DNA of 64,000 nucleotides from Octopus sinensis (taxonomy: Eukaryota): NCBI RefSeq assembly GCF_006345805.1, contig NW_021833924.1, positions 1 to 64,000 of the forward strand. Direction: 5' to 3'. The notes beneath the pieces were generated by a model. It saw only the letters and a program-made list of their open reading frames with translations. It was not told the DNA's origin and did no database searches. The position numbers were made by a program, and so were the translations under genes. This document shows positions 1 through 13,530 of the stretch, in pieces (positions within the stretch are counted from its first letter, which is position 1; every line of letters starts with the position of its first letter).

Positions 1-251
1 AGTGTTTATGTGTTGCAGTGTTGTTGTAGTATAAGCTGTTGTTGGAGTGGTGGTGCTGCCCCAGACTAACCTCTTGCACAATCAAAATTATTATAAAAGA
101 CCATGACATTCTGTCGTTTCCATGAGCACTGTTTACCTTGGAGTCCAGGGAAATAATGAAAGGTCAAGATTAAACATATTAAACATCTGGCTTTTCTATA
201 TATACATATGTGTGTGAGTGTTTATGTATATATATATGTGTATATATATAT

Positions 252-644
252 ACTCTTTTACTCTTTTACTTGTTTCAGTCATTTGACTGCGGCCATGCTG
301 GAGCACCGCCTTTAGTCGAGCAAATCGACCCTGGGACTTATTCTTTTGTAAGCCCAGTACTTATTCTATCGGTCACTTTTTGCCGAACCGCTAAGTGACG
401 GGGACATAAACACACCAGCATCTGTTGTCAAGCGATGTTGGGGGGACAAACACAGACACACACACTTATATATATATATACATATATACGACAGGCTTCT
501 TTCAGTTTCCGTCTACCAAATCCACTCACAAGGCATTGGTTGGCCCAGGGCTATAGCAGAAGACACTTGCCCAAGGTACCACGCAGTGGGACTGAAACCG
601 GAACCATGTGGTTGGTAAACAAGCTACTTACCACACAGCCACTC
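252..644 (-). mobile_element. tRNA-derived SINE, family S1 (near full length, internal TA/TG microsatellite)
   Basis: The minus strand reads GAGTGGCTGTGTGGT (box A-like)...GGTTTCAGTCCC (box B-like), then body, (TA)n, 3' module and a (GAGTAAAA)n tail. More than 15 related copies or fragments occur in the window. Confidence 0.85.
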
Positions 645-648
645 ATAT

Positions 649-693
<45 letters not shown>

Positions 694-737
694 ATATATA
701 TATATTATAAGTATATAATATATATATATATATATAA

Positions 738-826
738 TAGGCACAGGAGTGGCTGTGTGGTAGTAACTTGCTCTCTCTGACTGGTTCAGTCCCACTGTGT
801 GGCATCTTGGGCAAGTGTCTTCTACT
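738..826 (+). mobile_element. S1 SINE head fragment
   Basis: GGCACAGGAGTGGCTGTGTGGT...GGTTCAGTCCCACTG...GGGCAAGTGTCTTCT, truncated. Confidence 0.75.
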
Positions 827-877
827 ATATATATTATATATATATATACACACACATATATATATACATATATATAG

Positions 878-992
878 TGGATGCGTGTGGCTCAGTGGTT
901 AGGGTGTCAGCATCATGATCGTAAGATTGTGGTTTCGATTCCTGAACCGGGCGACACGTGTTCTTGAGCAAAAACACTTCATTTCACGTTGC
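878..992 (+). mobile_element. tRNA-derived SINE family S4, 5' part
   Basis: GTGGCTCAGTGGTTAGGGTGTCAGCATCATGATC...GGTTTCGATTCC. Related copies lie at ~20868-20990, 31117-31225 and 31312-31563(-). Confidence 0.75.
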
Positions 993-1006
993 GCAGATCA
1001 GTGCTA

Positions 1007-1422
1007 GGATCTTTTCTGTTTGAACGGCAGTTTTTTCTAGCGGTGTCATATGAAATTGTCACCCATAATTATGACCCTAGTATCGATCTATTGCATTTCA
1101 ATCTGGGTTAAGGTTAGGGGTGAGGGAAGGGTATCTTTTTTTCTTCAGAAATGTAAATTAACCCAATCTGTTTCTTAAACGAGGGACATATTCATATGGC
1201 ACAGAATGCTTTTTTTTTTACCTCAATAGATGTCATTGATTGGTTGAAATTACAGAAATTGAAGAATAAAAACAACAAATATCTTACAAACTAGAGAATT
1301 TTCTCAAGAAAGCCAAGAGAAAAAGATGTCTTATAAAGACATTCTACCAGGATACGAAGTTTAAAAGTGTTTAGTTACATGGAAATTATTTTAAAAAACT
1401 GCCGGTCAAACAGAAAAGATCC
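1007..1422. mobile_element. MITE (416 bp) with ~30-bp TIRs and 8-bp TSD
   Basis: TIR GGATCTTTTCTGTTTGA(A/C)CGGCAGTTTTTT at 1007-1036 and 1393-1422. Direct repeat CAGTGCTA at 999-1006 and 1423-1430. Confidence 0.9.
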
Positions 1423-1689
1423 CAGTGCTATGCAGCAGAAACGACCGTAGGAAGATACCAAGGGACCTTAGGTTCTTTGTTTCATGATCAAACTATTTTA
1501 TTTTCTACAGAAAAATCACTTTTTGGTCCCTAATAATATTCCAACATTTTCGTTTCCAAATGATTGAAGCTAATCCATGGGAAGTAACTCTGAACAAAGA
1601 GTTGCCTCCCATGGACTACGAAGTGTAAAATGATTCTGGTTCACTTCAAAGTAATAAAGGGGAGGAGAGAAATCTTTCTGCTCCCTCCT

Positions 1690-2494
1690 TTTCTGTCTCT
1701 GTATTTATCTATCTAGTCCTCCCTCTCTCTCTCTTTGTATTTATTCTTTTCCTCCGTCTCTTTCCTCACCCTCTCTCACTTGCTATTACTTCTCTGATCT
1801 CTTACTCTTCCTTTCGATTCCCTCCCTTATATATCCTCACCTTTCACCTCAACTCTTCCCACTCCTTCACTTCTCCCTTAAACTCTTTCTCCCCTCCCCT
1901 TCTGTATTTCCTTACCTTTCCTTGCCTCTCTCCCTATTTCTTCTTTGTATCTCTTCACTGACACCCTCTCTTTGTTTTCTATAGCTCTCTAATTCACTCT
2001 GCACCCTCTCTTATATTTCTGTATCTTTCTAAGCGTTACTCACACACTCTTATTCTTCTCTCTAATATTCGCTGACACTCCCCTTCTTCTCTCTAACATT
2101 GATCTACTCTCTTTCCTTTCTCCCTTTATATTTTTATACATCTCCCTCTCCTCTTACTGCCACTCTAACTCATAACCTCTCTATTTATACTCTCTCCCTC
2201 TCTCATATTTTATACTCTATTTCTTCACTCGCTTCTCTTTTCACTCACCTTAATTATCTTTCTCCCCCCTCCTTTCCTTATGTTCCTCCTACTTCTCCAC
2301 ACTCTCATTCTATATTCATATATCTCCTTTTCTCACTCCTATCTTTCCTCTCTCTTATTTCTTAGTCTTTCTCTCTTAAACGTATTTCCTCTCCGTTCAT
2401 ACTATTTCCCTCTTTCTGTCTCTGCCTATCCCCCTTTCTTCTACGTTCTAGGTTTATTCTTTCTTCCTTCCTTCTCTTTCTCCATCCCTCATTT

Positions 2495-2569
<75 letters not shown>

Positions 2570-2604
2570 GTCTATCTATCTGTCTATCTATCTATATCTA
2601 TCTG

Positions 2605-2655
<51 letters not shown>

Positions 2656-2656
2656 G

Positions 2657-2707
<51 letters not shown>

Positions 2708-2850
2708 CTATCTGTCTATCTATCTATCTATCTATCTATCTTGTCTATCTATCTATCATCTATCTATCTAATCTATCTATCTTATTATCTATCTATCGAT
2801 CTATTACCTATCTCTCTCTCTCTTATCTATTATCTATCTATCTATCTATT

Positions 2851-2896
<46 letters not shown>

Positions 2897-2960
2897 ATCT
2901 ATATCTACTAATCTATCTCTCTCTTTATCTATCTATCATCTATCTCCTCTCCCATATCAT
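1690..2960. repeat. CT-rich low-complexity tract, (CT)n and (TATC)n microsatellites
   Basis: Seen directly in the sequence. Confidence 0.95.
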
Positions 2961-3299
2961 CATCATCATCATCGCCACCACTCACGTGGTTTCTCTGCTT
3001 GCTAGAAAAAACAGCTGAATTTCCCTCAAATTCCATTGTACTGCCTTAAAAGTGTAGCCGGTTGCGCTGCTGAAAGTAGCAGCTAAATCTTCCTCAAATC
3101 ACGCTTACTGTCCCCCCCCCGCCCGCCGAAAGAGGGGCTGCAAAGCTAATTTGGTTACAGTTTTTGCTTGATTATGGGTTGTCGAGGGTTAAATAAGGAA
3201 GTCCCACTACTACTACTACTACTACTACTACTATACTACTACTACTACTACTATTACTACTGCAGCTGCTGCTGCTGCTGTAAATCACTGCCTTCATGT

Positions 3300-4800
3300 G
3301 CTAGAAATAGCAGCTAAATCTCCTGCTGATCAAACCTTACAGAAGGCCAGGCGAGGGACAAGCTAGAAATAGCAGCTAAATCTCCTACAGATCAAACCTT
3401 ACAGAAGGCCAGGCGAGGGACGAGCTAGAAATAGCAGCTAAATCTCCAGCAGATCAAACCTTACAGAAGGCCAGGTAAGGGACGAGCTTGAAATAGCAGC
3501 TAAATCTCCTGCAGATCAAACCTTACAGAAGGCCAGGCTAGGTACAAGCTAGAAATAGCAGATAAATCTCTTATAAATCAAACCTTACAGAAGGCCAGGC
3601 GAGGGACAAGCTAGAAATAGCAGCTAAAATTTCTGCAGATCAAACCTTACAGAAGGCCAGGCTAGGGACAAGCTAGAAATAGCAGCAAAATCTCCTGCAG
3701 ATCAAACCTTACAGAAAGCCAGGCTAGGGACAAGCTAGAAATAGCAGCTAAATCTCCAGCAGATCAAACCTTACAAAAGGCCAGGCGAGGGACAAGCTAG
3801 AAATAGCAGCTAAATCTCCAGCAGATCAAACCTTACAGAAGGCCAGGCTAGGGACAAGCTAGAAATAGCAGCTAAATCTCCTGCAGATCAAACCTTACAG
3901 AAGGCCAGGCTAGGGACAAGCTAGAAATAGCAGCTAAATCTCCTGCAGATCAAACGTTACAGAAGGCCAGGCGAGGGACAAGCTAGAAATAGCAGCTAAA
4001 TCTCCTGCAGATCAAACCCTACAGAAGACCAGGCTAGGGAAAGCTAGAAATAGCAGCTAAATCTCCAGCAGATCAAACCTTACAAAAGGCCAGGCTAGGG
4101 AAAGCTAGAAATAGCAGCTAAATTTCCTGTAGATCAAACCTTACAGAAGGCCAGGCTAGGGACAAGCTAGAAATAGCAGCTAAATCTCCTGCAGATCAAA
4201 CCTTACAGAAGGCCAGATGAGGGACAAGCTAGAAATAGCAGCTAAATCTCCTGCAGATCAAACCTTACAGAAGGCCAGGCGAGGGAAAGCTAGAAATAGC
4301 AGCTAAATCTCCTGCAGATCAAACCTTACAGAAGGCCAGGCGAGGGACAAGCTAGAAATAGCAGCTAAATCTCCTGCAGATCAAACCTTACAGAAGGCCA
4401 GGCTAGGGACAAGCTAGAAATAGCAGCTAAATCTCCTGCAGATCAAACCTTACAGAAGGCCAGGCTAGGGAAAGCTAGAAATAGCAGCTAAATCTCCTGC
4501 AGATCAAACCCTACAGAAGGCCAGGCTAGGGAAAGCTAGAAATAGCAGCTAAATCTCCAGCAGATCAAACCTTACAAAAGGCCAGGCGAGGGAAAGCTAG
4601 AAATAGCAGCTAAATCTCCTGTAGATCGAACCTTACAGAAGGCCAGGCTAGGGACAAGCTAGAAATAGCAGCTAAATCTCCTGCAGATCAAACCTTACAG
4701 AAGGCCAGGCAGGCGACAAGCTAGAAATAGCAGCTAAATCTCCTGCAGATCAAACCTTACAGAAGGCCAGGCTAGGGAAAGCTAGAAATAGCAGCTAAAT
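3300..4800 (+). repeat. 62-bp minisatellite, ~24 copies
   Basis: Unit GCTAGAAATAGCAGCTAAATCTCCTGCAGATCAAACCTTACAGAAGGCCAGGCTAGGGACAA; first starts at 3300 and 3362, last at 4781. Confidence 0.97.
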
Positions 4801-5530
4801 CTACCGGTAATCACATCTTAATATTTTTTTAAAAAAAGGAAGGAGAGCATGTCAGGTAGAAATAACAGCCAATTTTCCCTTAAAGCATACATTGTAGTCT
4901 TAAAAAAAGAAGGCCAGGTGATCGACTTGCTAGAAATTGCAGCTAAATGCCCCTGTAATCACACTGCAGTATCTTTAAAGAGATGGAAGGAGAGTTAATC
5001 TGCTAGATATAGCAGCCAAATCTCCATCAGTTCACACCTCACAGGCGGCCAAGCGATAGATCAGCTAGAAATAACAGCTAAATACTCTTGTAATAAGAAT
5101 TTAGTATTTCTAAAAAATGGAAGAACAGCTGATCTGCTAGATATAGCAGCCAAATCTCCACTAATTGACACCTCACAGACGGCCAAGCGATAGATCAGCT
5201 AGAAATAACAGCTAAATACCCTTGTAATAAGAATTTAGTATTTCTAAAAAATGGAAGGACAGCTGATCTGCTAGATATAGCAGCCAAATCTCCATCAGTT
5301 CACACCTCACAGGTGGCCAAGCGATCGATCAGCTAGAAATAACAGCCAAACCTCTTTGGAATCACACCTTAATAAAAAAAAATGCAGGGCAACCGGTCTG
5401 GGTTGTGTTAACATCCAAAGAACGTCTTAGTCTTAAAATAAAAAACGACCAGGTGAAAGGCCAGCTAAAAATAGAAGCTAAATCGATCTGCAATCATACT
5501 GTAGGGTGTTAAAAAGGGGAAGGACAGGCG
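4800..5530 (+). repeat. Degenerate GCTAGAAATA(G/A)CAGC units including a ~130-bp tandem duplication
   Basis: The core motif recurs every ~60-70 bp; the 5000-5130 block repeats at 5130-5260 and partly again. Confidence 0.75.
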
Positions 5531-5670
5531 TTAAGAGAGACAGACGTGGCTTTTTAGTACGCGGGATTCCGTCCCCCGATAACGATCAGGACTTAGCCTA
5601 GGGTTGAAGAACAGGGTAGAACCTTGAGGATTTGCAGGCTTCAAGGGGACAGAGACCTTTTCCATTGATA

Positions 5671-5693
5671 AACTACTACTACTACTAATGCTA

Positions 5694-5731
<38 letters not shown>

Positions 5732-5771
5732 ACTACTACTACTACTACTACTACTACTGCTGCTGCTGCTA

Positions 5772-5803
<32 letters not shown>

Positions 5804-5846
5804 ACTACTACTACTACTACAATTACTACTACTACTGCTGCTGCTG

Positions 5847-5881
<35 letters not shown>

Positions 5882-5945
5882 GCTGCTACTACTACTACTG
5901 CTACTACTACTACTGCTGCTGCTGCTACTACTACTACTACTACTG

Positions 5946-5977
<32 letters not shown>

Positions 5978-6002
5978 GCTGCTACTACTACTACTACTAC
6001 TG

Positions 6003-6041
<39 letters not shown>

Positions 6042-6093
6042 GCTACTACTACTACTACTACTACTACAATTACTACTACTACTGCTGCTGCTG

Positions 6094-6128
<35 letters not shown>

Positions 6129-6225
6129 GCTGCTACTACTACTACTGCTACTACTACTACTGCTGCTGCTGCTACTACTACTGCTGCTACTACTACTACT
6201 GCTACTACTACTACAGCTGCTGCTG

Positions 6226-6266
<41 letters not shown>

Positions 6267-6267
6267 G

Positions 6268-6302
<35 letters not shown>

Positions 6303-6306
6303 GCTG

Positions 6307-6365
<59 letters not shown>

Positions 6366-6366
6366 G

Positions 6367-6398
<32 letters not shown>

Positions 6399-6411
6399 GC
6401 TGCTACTACCA

Positions 6412-6497
<86 letters not shown>

Positions 6498-6498
6498 G

Positions 6499-6530
<32 letters not shown>

Positions 6531-6537
6531 ACTACTA

Positions 6538-6569
<32 letters not shown>

Positions 6570-6705
6570 ACTACTACTACTACTGCTACTACTACTACTA
6601 CTGCTACTACCACTACTACTACTACCACTACTACTACTACTGCTGCTGCTGCTACTACTACTACTGCTACTACTACTACTACTGCTGCTACTACTACTAC
6701 TGCTA

Positions 6706-6779
<74 letters not shown>

Positions 6780-6783
6780 GCTA

Positions 6784-6881
<98 letters not shown>

Positions 6882-6891
6882 GCTGCTGCTG

Positions 6892-6947
<56 letters not shown>

Positions 6948-6957
6948 GCTGCTGCTG

Positions 6958-6995
<38 letters not shown>

Positions 6996-7077
6996 GCTGC
7001 TGCTGCTACTACTACTACTACTACTACTACTGCTACTACTACTACTACTACTGCTACTACTACTACTGCTGCTGCTG

Positions 7078-7142
<65 letters not shown>

Positions 7143-7146
7143 GCTA

Positions 7147-7193
<47 letters not shown>

Positions 7194-7200
7194 GCTGCTG

Positions 7201-7247
<47 letters not shown>

Positions 7248-7257
7248 GCTGCTGCTG

Positions 7258-7317
<60 letters not shown>
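5671..7317. repeat. ~1.65-kb mosaic (CTA)n/(CTG)n trinucleotide array
   Basis: Seen directly; source of the poly-L/T/V/S ORFs in the track. Confidence 0.97.
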
Positions 7318-7318
<1 letters not shown>

Positions 7319-7608
7319 GGTTACCTGGTACCTTAACTCTCACCGCCACAAGGACCACCTGTAACAAACACCTTCGTCTACATCCGCATCCGCGTTCGTC
7401 CCCGCCACCGTCGGCGTCGACATCACAGCAGCCGTCACCACCACCACCACCACCACCACCACCACCACCACCACCACCAACCACCACCACCACCACCACC
7501 ACCACCACCACCATGACACCGAATAATAGCACCGCCGCTACCGTCAACATCACCGCCTGTAACTACAGCGAATGTGACCGCCACCATCGCCATCACTATA
7601 AACACCAT

Positions 7609-7640
<32 letters not shown>

Positions 7641-7666
7641 TCATCACCACCGTTACTACAAACACT

Positions 7667-7697
<31 letters not shown>

Positions 7698-7834
7698 CCA
7701 CCGTTACTACAAACACTACCACCACCACCTCCATCATTACAATAATGACAACGACGACAACGACGACGACCACCACCACCGCCGTCAACTCCATCATCAC
7801 CACCACCACCATCACCACCGCCACCACCACCATC

Positions 7835-8066
7835 ATACCTATTTCTTTACTACCCACAAGGGGCTAAACACAGAGGGGACAAACAAGGACAGACATAGGT
7901 ATTAAGTCGATTACATCGACCCCAGTGCGTAACTGGTACTTAATTTATCGACCCCGAAAGGATGAACGGCAAAGTCGACCTGGGCGGAATTTGAACTCAC
8001 AACGTAACGCAGACGAAATACCGCTAAGCACTTCACCCGGCGTGCTAACGTTTCTGCCAGCTCGCC
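7835..8066 (-). mobile_element. tRNA-derived SINE family S2
   Basis: Minus strand GGCGAGCTGGCAGAAACGTTAGCA...GAGTTCAAATTCC...GTCGACTTTGCC.TTCATCCTTTCGGGGTCGATAAA...GTGGGTAGTAAAGAAATAGG; flanked by (CCA/CAT)n. Confidence 0.8.
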
Positions 8067-8890
8067 ACCACCACCACCACCACCAGCTTCACCACCGCCG
8101 CCACCACCAGCTTCACCACCGCCGCCACCACCATCATCACCACCGCCACCACCACCAGCTTCACCACCGCCGCCACCACCATCATCACCACCGCCGCCAC
8201 CACCCAGCTTCACCACCACCGCCGCCACCACCAGCATCATCACCAGCTTCACACCGCCGCCACCACCAGCTTCACCACCGCCGCCACCACCATCATCACC
8301 GCCGCCACCATCATCACCACTACAGCCTGTACGTGGTCGCCCGATCACTTAGAAATAGCAACCAAATCTCCCTCAAACACCACGAATACGTATTCGTCTC
8401 AAGCACGATACACGAAACTGTGATTCCTGGTGACGTTGGTGATGAGATAAATCGATGGGACAGTCACGGATGGAACCTCTTTGTTCATAGATGACGGGGC
8501 GCTAAAAGCCGGCGCCCGAATTGCAGCCGTTGCTGCTACTACCATTACTACATCTACTCTTACTACTACCATCGCCTTGTGACTTAACTCCCACCGCTAC
8601 CACGACCACCTGTAGCCGCCGCCGCCGTCACCACCGCAGCCTCTGTGTGGTCGCTCGGGCGGCGAGAAATAGCAGCTAAATCACCCTTAAAGCACAGAAT
8701 ATGGTCTTTAAATGAAGGACACACTGAACGGAAAAAAAAGGCCGTCGTGTGTTCGTTCCCTGAATAGAACCTTGCGCCCCAAACTAAAGCAGGATGGTCA
8801 TGGCTAGAACACAGGATCATCGATCGGCTCGAACAGAGTCGACCAGGGGTTAAACAACATAAGTGGATCCTCTCGAAGGATGCACAGAAT

Positions 8891-11800
8891 GCTAGAAACA
8901 ACAGCCAAATGTCCCTTAAATTTCGCTATATTGTCTTAAAAAAGGGAGGGAATCTACAATGCTAGAAACAACAGGCAAATGTCCCTTAAATTTCGCTATA
9001 TTGTCTCAAAAAGGGAGGGAATCTACAATGCTAGAAACAACAGCCAAATGTCCCTTAAATTTCGCTATATTGTCTTAAAAAAGGGAGGGAATCTACAATG
9101 CTAGAAACAACAGCCAAATGTCCCTTAAATTTCGCTATATTGTCTTAAAAAAGGGAGGGAATCTACAATGCTAGAAACAACAGCCAAATGTCCCTTAAAT
9201 TTCGCTATATTGTCTTAAAAAAGGGAGGGAATCTACAATGCTAGAAACAACAGCCAAATGTCCCTTAAATTTCGCTATATTGTCTTAAAAAAGGAGGGAA
9301 TCTACAATGCTAGAAACAACAGGCAAATGTCCCTTAAATTTCGCTATATTGTCTCAAAAAGGGAGGGAATCTACAATGCTAGAAACAACAGCCAAATGTC
9401 CCTTAAATTTCGCTATATGTCTTAAAAAAGGGAGGGAATCTACAATGCTAGAAACAACAGCCAAATGTCCCTTAAATTTCGCTATATTGTCTCAAAAAGG
9501 GAGGGAATCTACAATGCTAGAAACAACAGCCAAAGCTCCCTTCAATTTCGCTATATTGTCTTAAAAAAGGGAGGGAATCTACAATGCTAGAAACAACAGC
9601 CAAATGTCCCTTAAATTTCGCTATATTGTCTTAAAAAAGGGAGGGAATCTACAATGCTAGAAACAACAGCCAAATGTCCCTTAAATTTCGCTATATTGTC
9701 TCAAAAAGGGAGGGAATCTACAATGCTAGAAACAACAGCCAAAGCTCCCTTCAATTTCGCTATATTGTCTTAAAAAAGGGAGGGAATCTACAATGCTAGA
9801 AACAACAGCCAAATGTCCCTTAAATTTCGCTATATTGTCTTAAAAAAGGGAGGGAATCTACAATGCTAGAAACAACAGGCAAATGTCCCTTAAATTTCGC
9901 TATATTGTCTTAAAAAAGGGAGGGAATCTACAATGCTAGAAACAACAGCCAAATGTCCCTTAAATTTCGCTATATTGTCTTAAAAAAGGGAGGGAATCTA
10001 CAATGCTAGAAACAACAGCCAAAGCTCCCTTCAATTTCGCTATATTGTCTTAAAAAAGGGAGGGAATCTACAATGCTAGAAACAACAGCCAAATGTCCCT
10101 TAAATTTCGCTATATTGTCTCAAAAAGGGAGGGAATCTACAATGCTAGAAACAACAGCCAAATGTCCCTTAAATTTCGCTATATTGTCTCAAAAAGGGAG
10201 GGAATCTACAATGCTAGAACAACAGGCAAATGTCCCTTAAATTTCGCTATATTGTCTTAAAAAGGGAGGGAATCTACAATGCTAGAAACAACAGCCAAAG
10301 CTCCCTTCAATTTCGCTATATTGTCTTAAAAAAGGGAGGGAATCTACAATGCTAGAACACAGGCAAATGTCCCTTAAATTTCGCTATATTGTCTTAAAAA
10401 GGGAGGGAATCTACAATGCTAGAAACAACAGCCAATGTCCCTTAAATTTCGCTATATTGTCTTAAAAAGGGAGGGAATCTACAATGCTAGAAACAACAGC
10501 CAAATGTCCCTTAAATTTCGCTATATTGTCTTAAAAAAGGGAGGGAATCTACAATGCTAGAAACAACAGCCAAATGTCCCTTAAATTTCGCTATATTGTT
10601 CTCAAAAAGGGAGGGAATCTACAATGCTAGAAACAACAGCCAAAGCTCCCTTCAATTTCGCTATATTGTCTTAAAAAAGGGAGGGAATCTACAATGCTAG
10701 AAACAACAGCCAAATGTCCCTTAAATTTCGCTATATTGTCTTAAAAAGGGAGGGAATCTACAATGCTAAACAAACAGGCAAATGTCCCTTAAATTTCGCT
10801 ATATTGTCTTAAAAAAGGGTGGAATCTACAATGCTAGAAACAACAGCCAAATGTCCCTTAAATTCGCTATATTGTCTTAAAAAAGGGAGGGAATCTACAA
10901 TGCTAGAAACAACAGCCAAGCTCCCTTCATTTCGCTATATTGTCTTAAAAAAGGGAGGGAATCTACAATGCTAGAAACAACAGCCAAATGTCCCTTAAAT
11001 TTCGCTATATTGTCTTAAAAAAGGGAGGGAATCTACAATGCTAGAAACAACAGGCAAATGTCCCTTAAATTTCGCTATATTGTCTTAAAAAAGGAGGGAT
11101 CTACAATGCTAGAAACAACAGCCAAATGTCCCTTAAATTTCGCTATATTGTCTTAAAAAAGGGAGGGAATCTACAATGCTAGAAACAACAGCCAAATGTC
11201 CCTTAAATTTCGCTATATTGTCTTAAAAAGGGAGGGAATCTACAATGCTAGAACAACAGCCAAATGTCCCTTAAATTTCGCTATATTGTCTTAAAAAAGG
11301 AGGGAATCTACAATGCTAGAAACAACAGCCAAATGTCCCTTAAATTTCGCTATTTGTCTTAAAAAGGGAGGGAATCTACAATGCTAGAAACAACAGGCAA
11401 ATGTCCCTTAAATTTCGCTATATTGTCTCAAAAAGGGAGGGAATCTACAATGCTAGAAACAACAGCCAAATGTCCCTTAAATTTCGCTATATGTCTTAAA
11501 AAAGGGAGGGAATCTACAATGCTAGAAACAACAGCCAAATGTCCCTTAAATTTCGCTATATTGTCCTCAAAAAAGGGAGGGAATCTACAATGCTAGAACA
11601 ACAGCCAAAGCTCCCTTCATTTCGCTATATTGTCTTAAAAAAGGGAGGAATCTACAATGCTAGAAACAACAGCCAAATGTCCCTTAAATTTCGCTATATT
11701 GTCTTAAAAAGGGAGGGAATCTACAATGCTAGAAACAACAGCCAAATGTCCCTTAAATTTCGCTATATTGTCTCAAAAAGGGAGGGAATCTACAATGCTA

Positions 11801-13530
11801 GAAACAACAGCCAAAGCTCCCTTCAATTTCGCTATATTGTCTTAAAAAAGGAGGGAATCTACAATGCTAGAAACAACAGCAAATGTCCCTTAAATTTCGC
11901 TATATTGTCTTAAAAAAGGGAGGGAATCTACAATGCTAGAAACAACAGGCAAATGTCCCTTAAATTCGCTATATTGTCTTAAAAAAGGAGGGAATCTACA
12001 ATGCTAGAAACAACAGCCAAATGTCCCTTAAATTTCGCTATATTGTCTTAAAAAGGGAGGGAATCTACAATGCTAGAAACAACAGCCAAAGCTCCCTTCA
12101 ATTTCGCTATATGTCTTAAAAAGGGAGGGAATCTACAATGCTAGAAACAACAGCCAATGTCCCTTAAATTTCGCTATATTGTCTCAAAAAGGGAGGGAAT
12201 CTACAATGCTAGAAACAACAGCCAATGTCCCTTAAATTTCGCTATATTGTCCTCAAAAAGGGAGGGAATCTACAATGCTAGAAACAACAGCCAAATGTCC
12301 CTTAAATTTCGCTATATTGTCTTAAAAAAGGAGGGAATCTACAATGCTAGAAACAACAGCCAAGCTCCCTTCAATTTCGCTATATTGTCTTAAAAAAGGG
12401 AGGGAATCTACATGCTAGAAACAACAGGCAAATGTCCCTTAAATTTCGCTATATTGTCTTAAAAAGGGAGGGAATCTACAATGCTAGAAACAACAGCCAA
12501 ATCCCTTAAATTTCGCTATAATTGTCTTAAAAAAGGAGGGAATCTACAATGCTAGAAACACAGCCAAATGTCCCTTAAATTTCGCTATATTGTCTTAAAA
12601 AAGGGAGGGAATCTACAATGCTAGAAACAACAGCCAAATGTCCCTTAAATTTCGCTATATTGTCTCAAAAAGGGAGGGAATCTACAATGCTAGAAACAAC
12701 AGCCAAAGCTCCCTTCAATTTCGCTATATTGTCTTAAAAAAGGGAGGGAATCTACAATGCTAGAAACAACAGCCAAATGTCCCTTAAATTTCGCTATATT
12801 GTCTTAAAAAAGGGAGGGAATCTACAATGCTAGAAACAACAGGCAAATGTCCCTTAAATTTCGCTATATTGTCTTAAAAAAGGGTGGAATCTACAATGCT
12901 AGAAACAACAGCCAAATGTCCTTAAATTTCGCTATATTGTCTTAAAAAAGGAGGGAATCTACAATGCTAGAAACAACAGCCAAAGCTCCCTTCATTTCGC
13001 TATATTGTCTTAAAAAAGGGAGGGAATCTACAATGCTAGAAACAACAGCAAATGTCCCTTAAATTTCGCTATATTGTCTTAAAAAAGGGAGGAATCTACA
13101 ATGCTAGAAACAACAGCAAATGTCCCTTAAATTTCGCTATATTGTCTTAAAAAAGGGAGGAATCTACAATGCTAGAAACACAGCCAAATGTCCCTTAAAT
13201 TTCGCTATATTGTCTTAAAAAAGGGAGGAATCTACAATGCTAGAAACAACAGCCAAATGTCCCTTAAATTTCGCTATATTGTCTTAAAAAAGGGAGGGAA
13301 TCTACAATGCTAGAACAACAGCCAAATGTCCTTAAATTTCGCTATATTGTCTTAAAAAAAGGGAGGGAATCTACAATGCTAGAAACAACAGCCAAATGTC
13401 CCTTAAATTTCGCTATATTGTCTTAAAAAGGGAGGGAATCTACAATGCTAGAAACAACAGCCAAATGTCCCTTCAATTTCGCTATATTGTCTTAAAAAAG
13501 GGAGGGAATCTACAATGCTAGAAATAGCAG
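8891..13530 (+). repeat. 70-bp satellite, ~66-67 copies, with ~2.07-kb higher-order repeat
   Basis: Unit GCTAGAAACAACAGCCAAATGTCCCTTAAATTTCGCTATATTGTCTTAAAAAAGGGAGGGAATCTACAAT (starts 8891, 8961...). Variant monomers recur at ~2065-2075-bp spacing. Confidence 0.97.

Noticed and set aside
5531-7553. 500+ aa ORFs (poly-V/L/T/S)
   Set aside because: They are translations of the CTA/CTG microsatellite, with no domain, splice or start context.
8891-13530. CRISPR-like appearance of the 62-, 70- and 253-bp arrays
   Set aside because: The units are near-identical with no unique spacers, there are no cas genes, and the context is eukaryotic.
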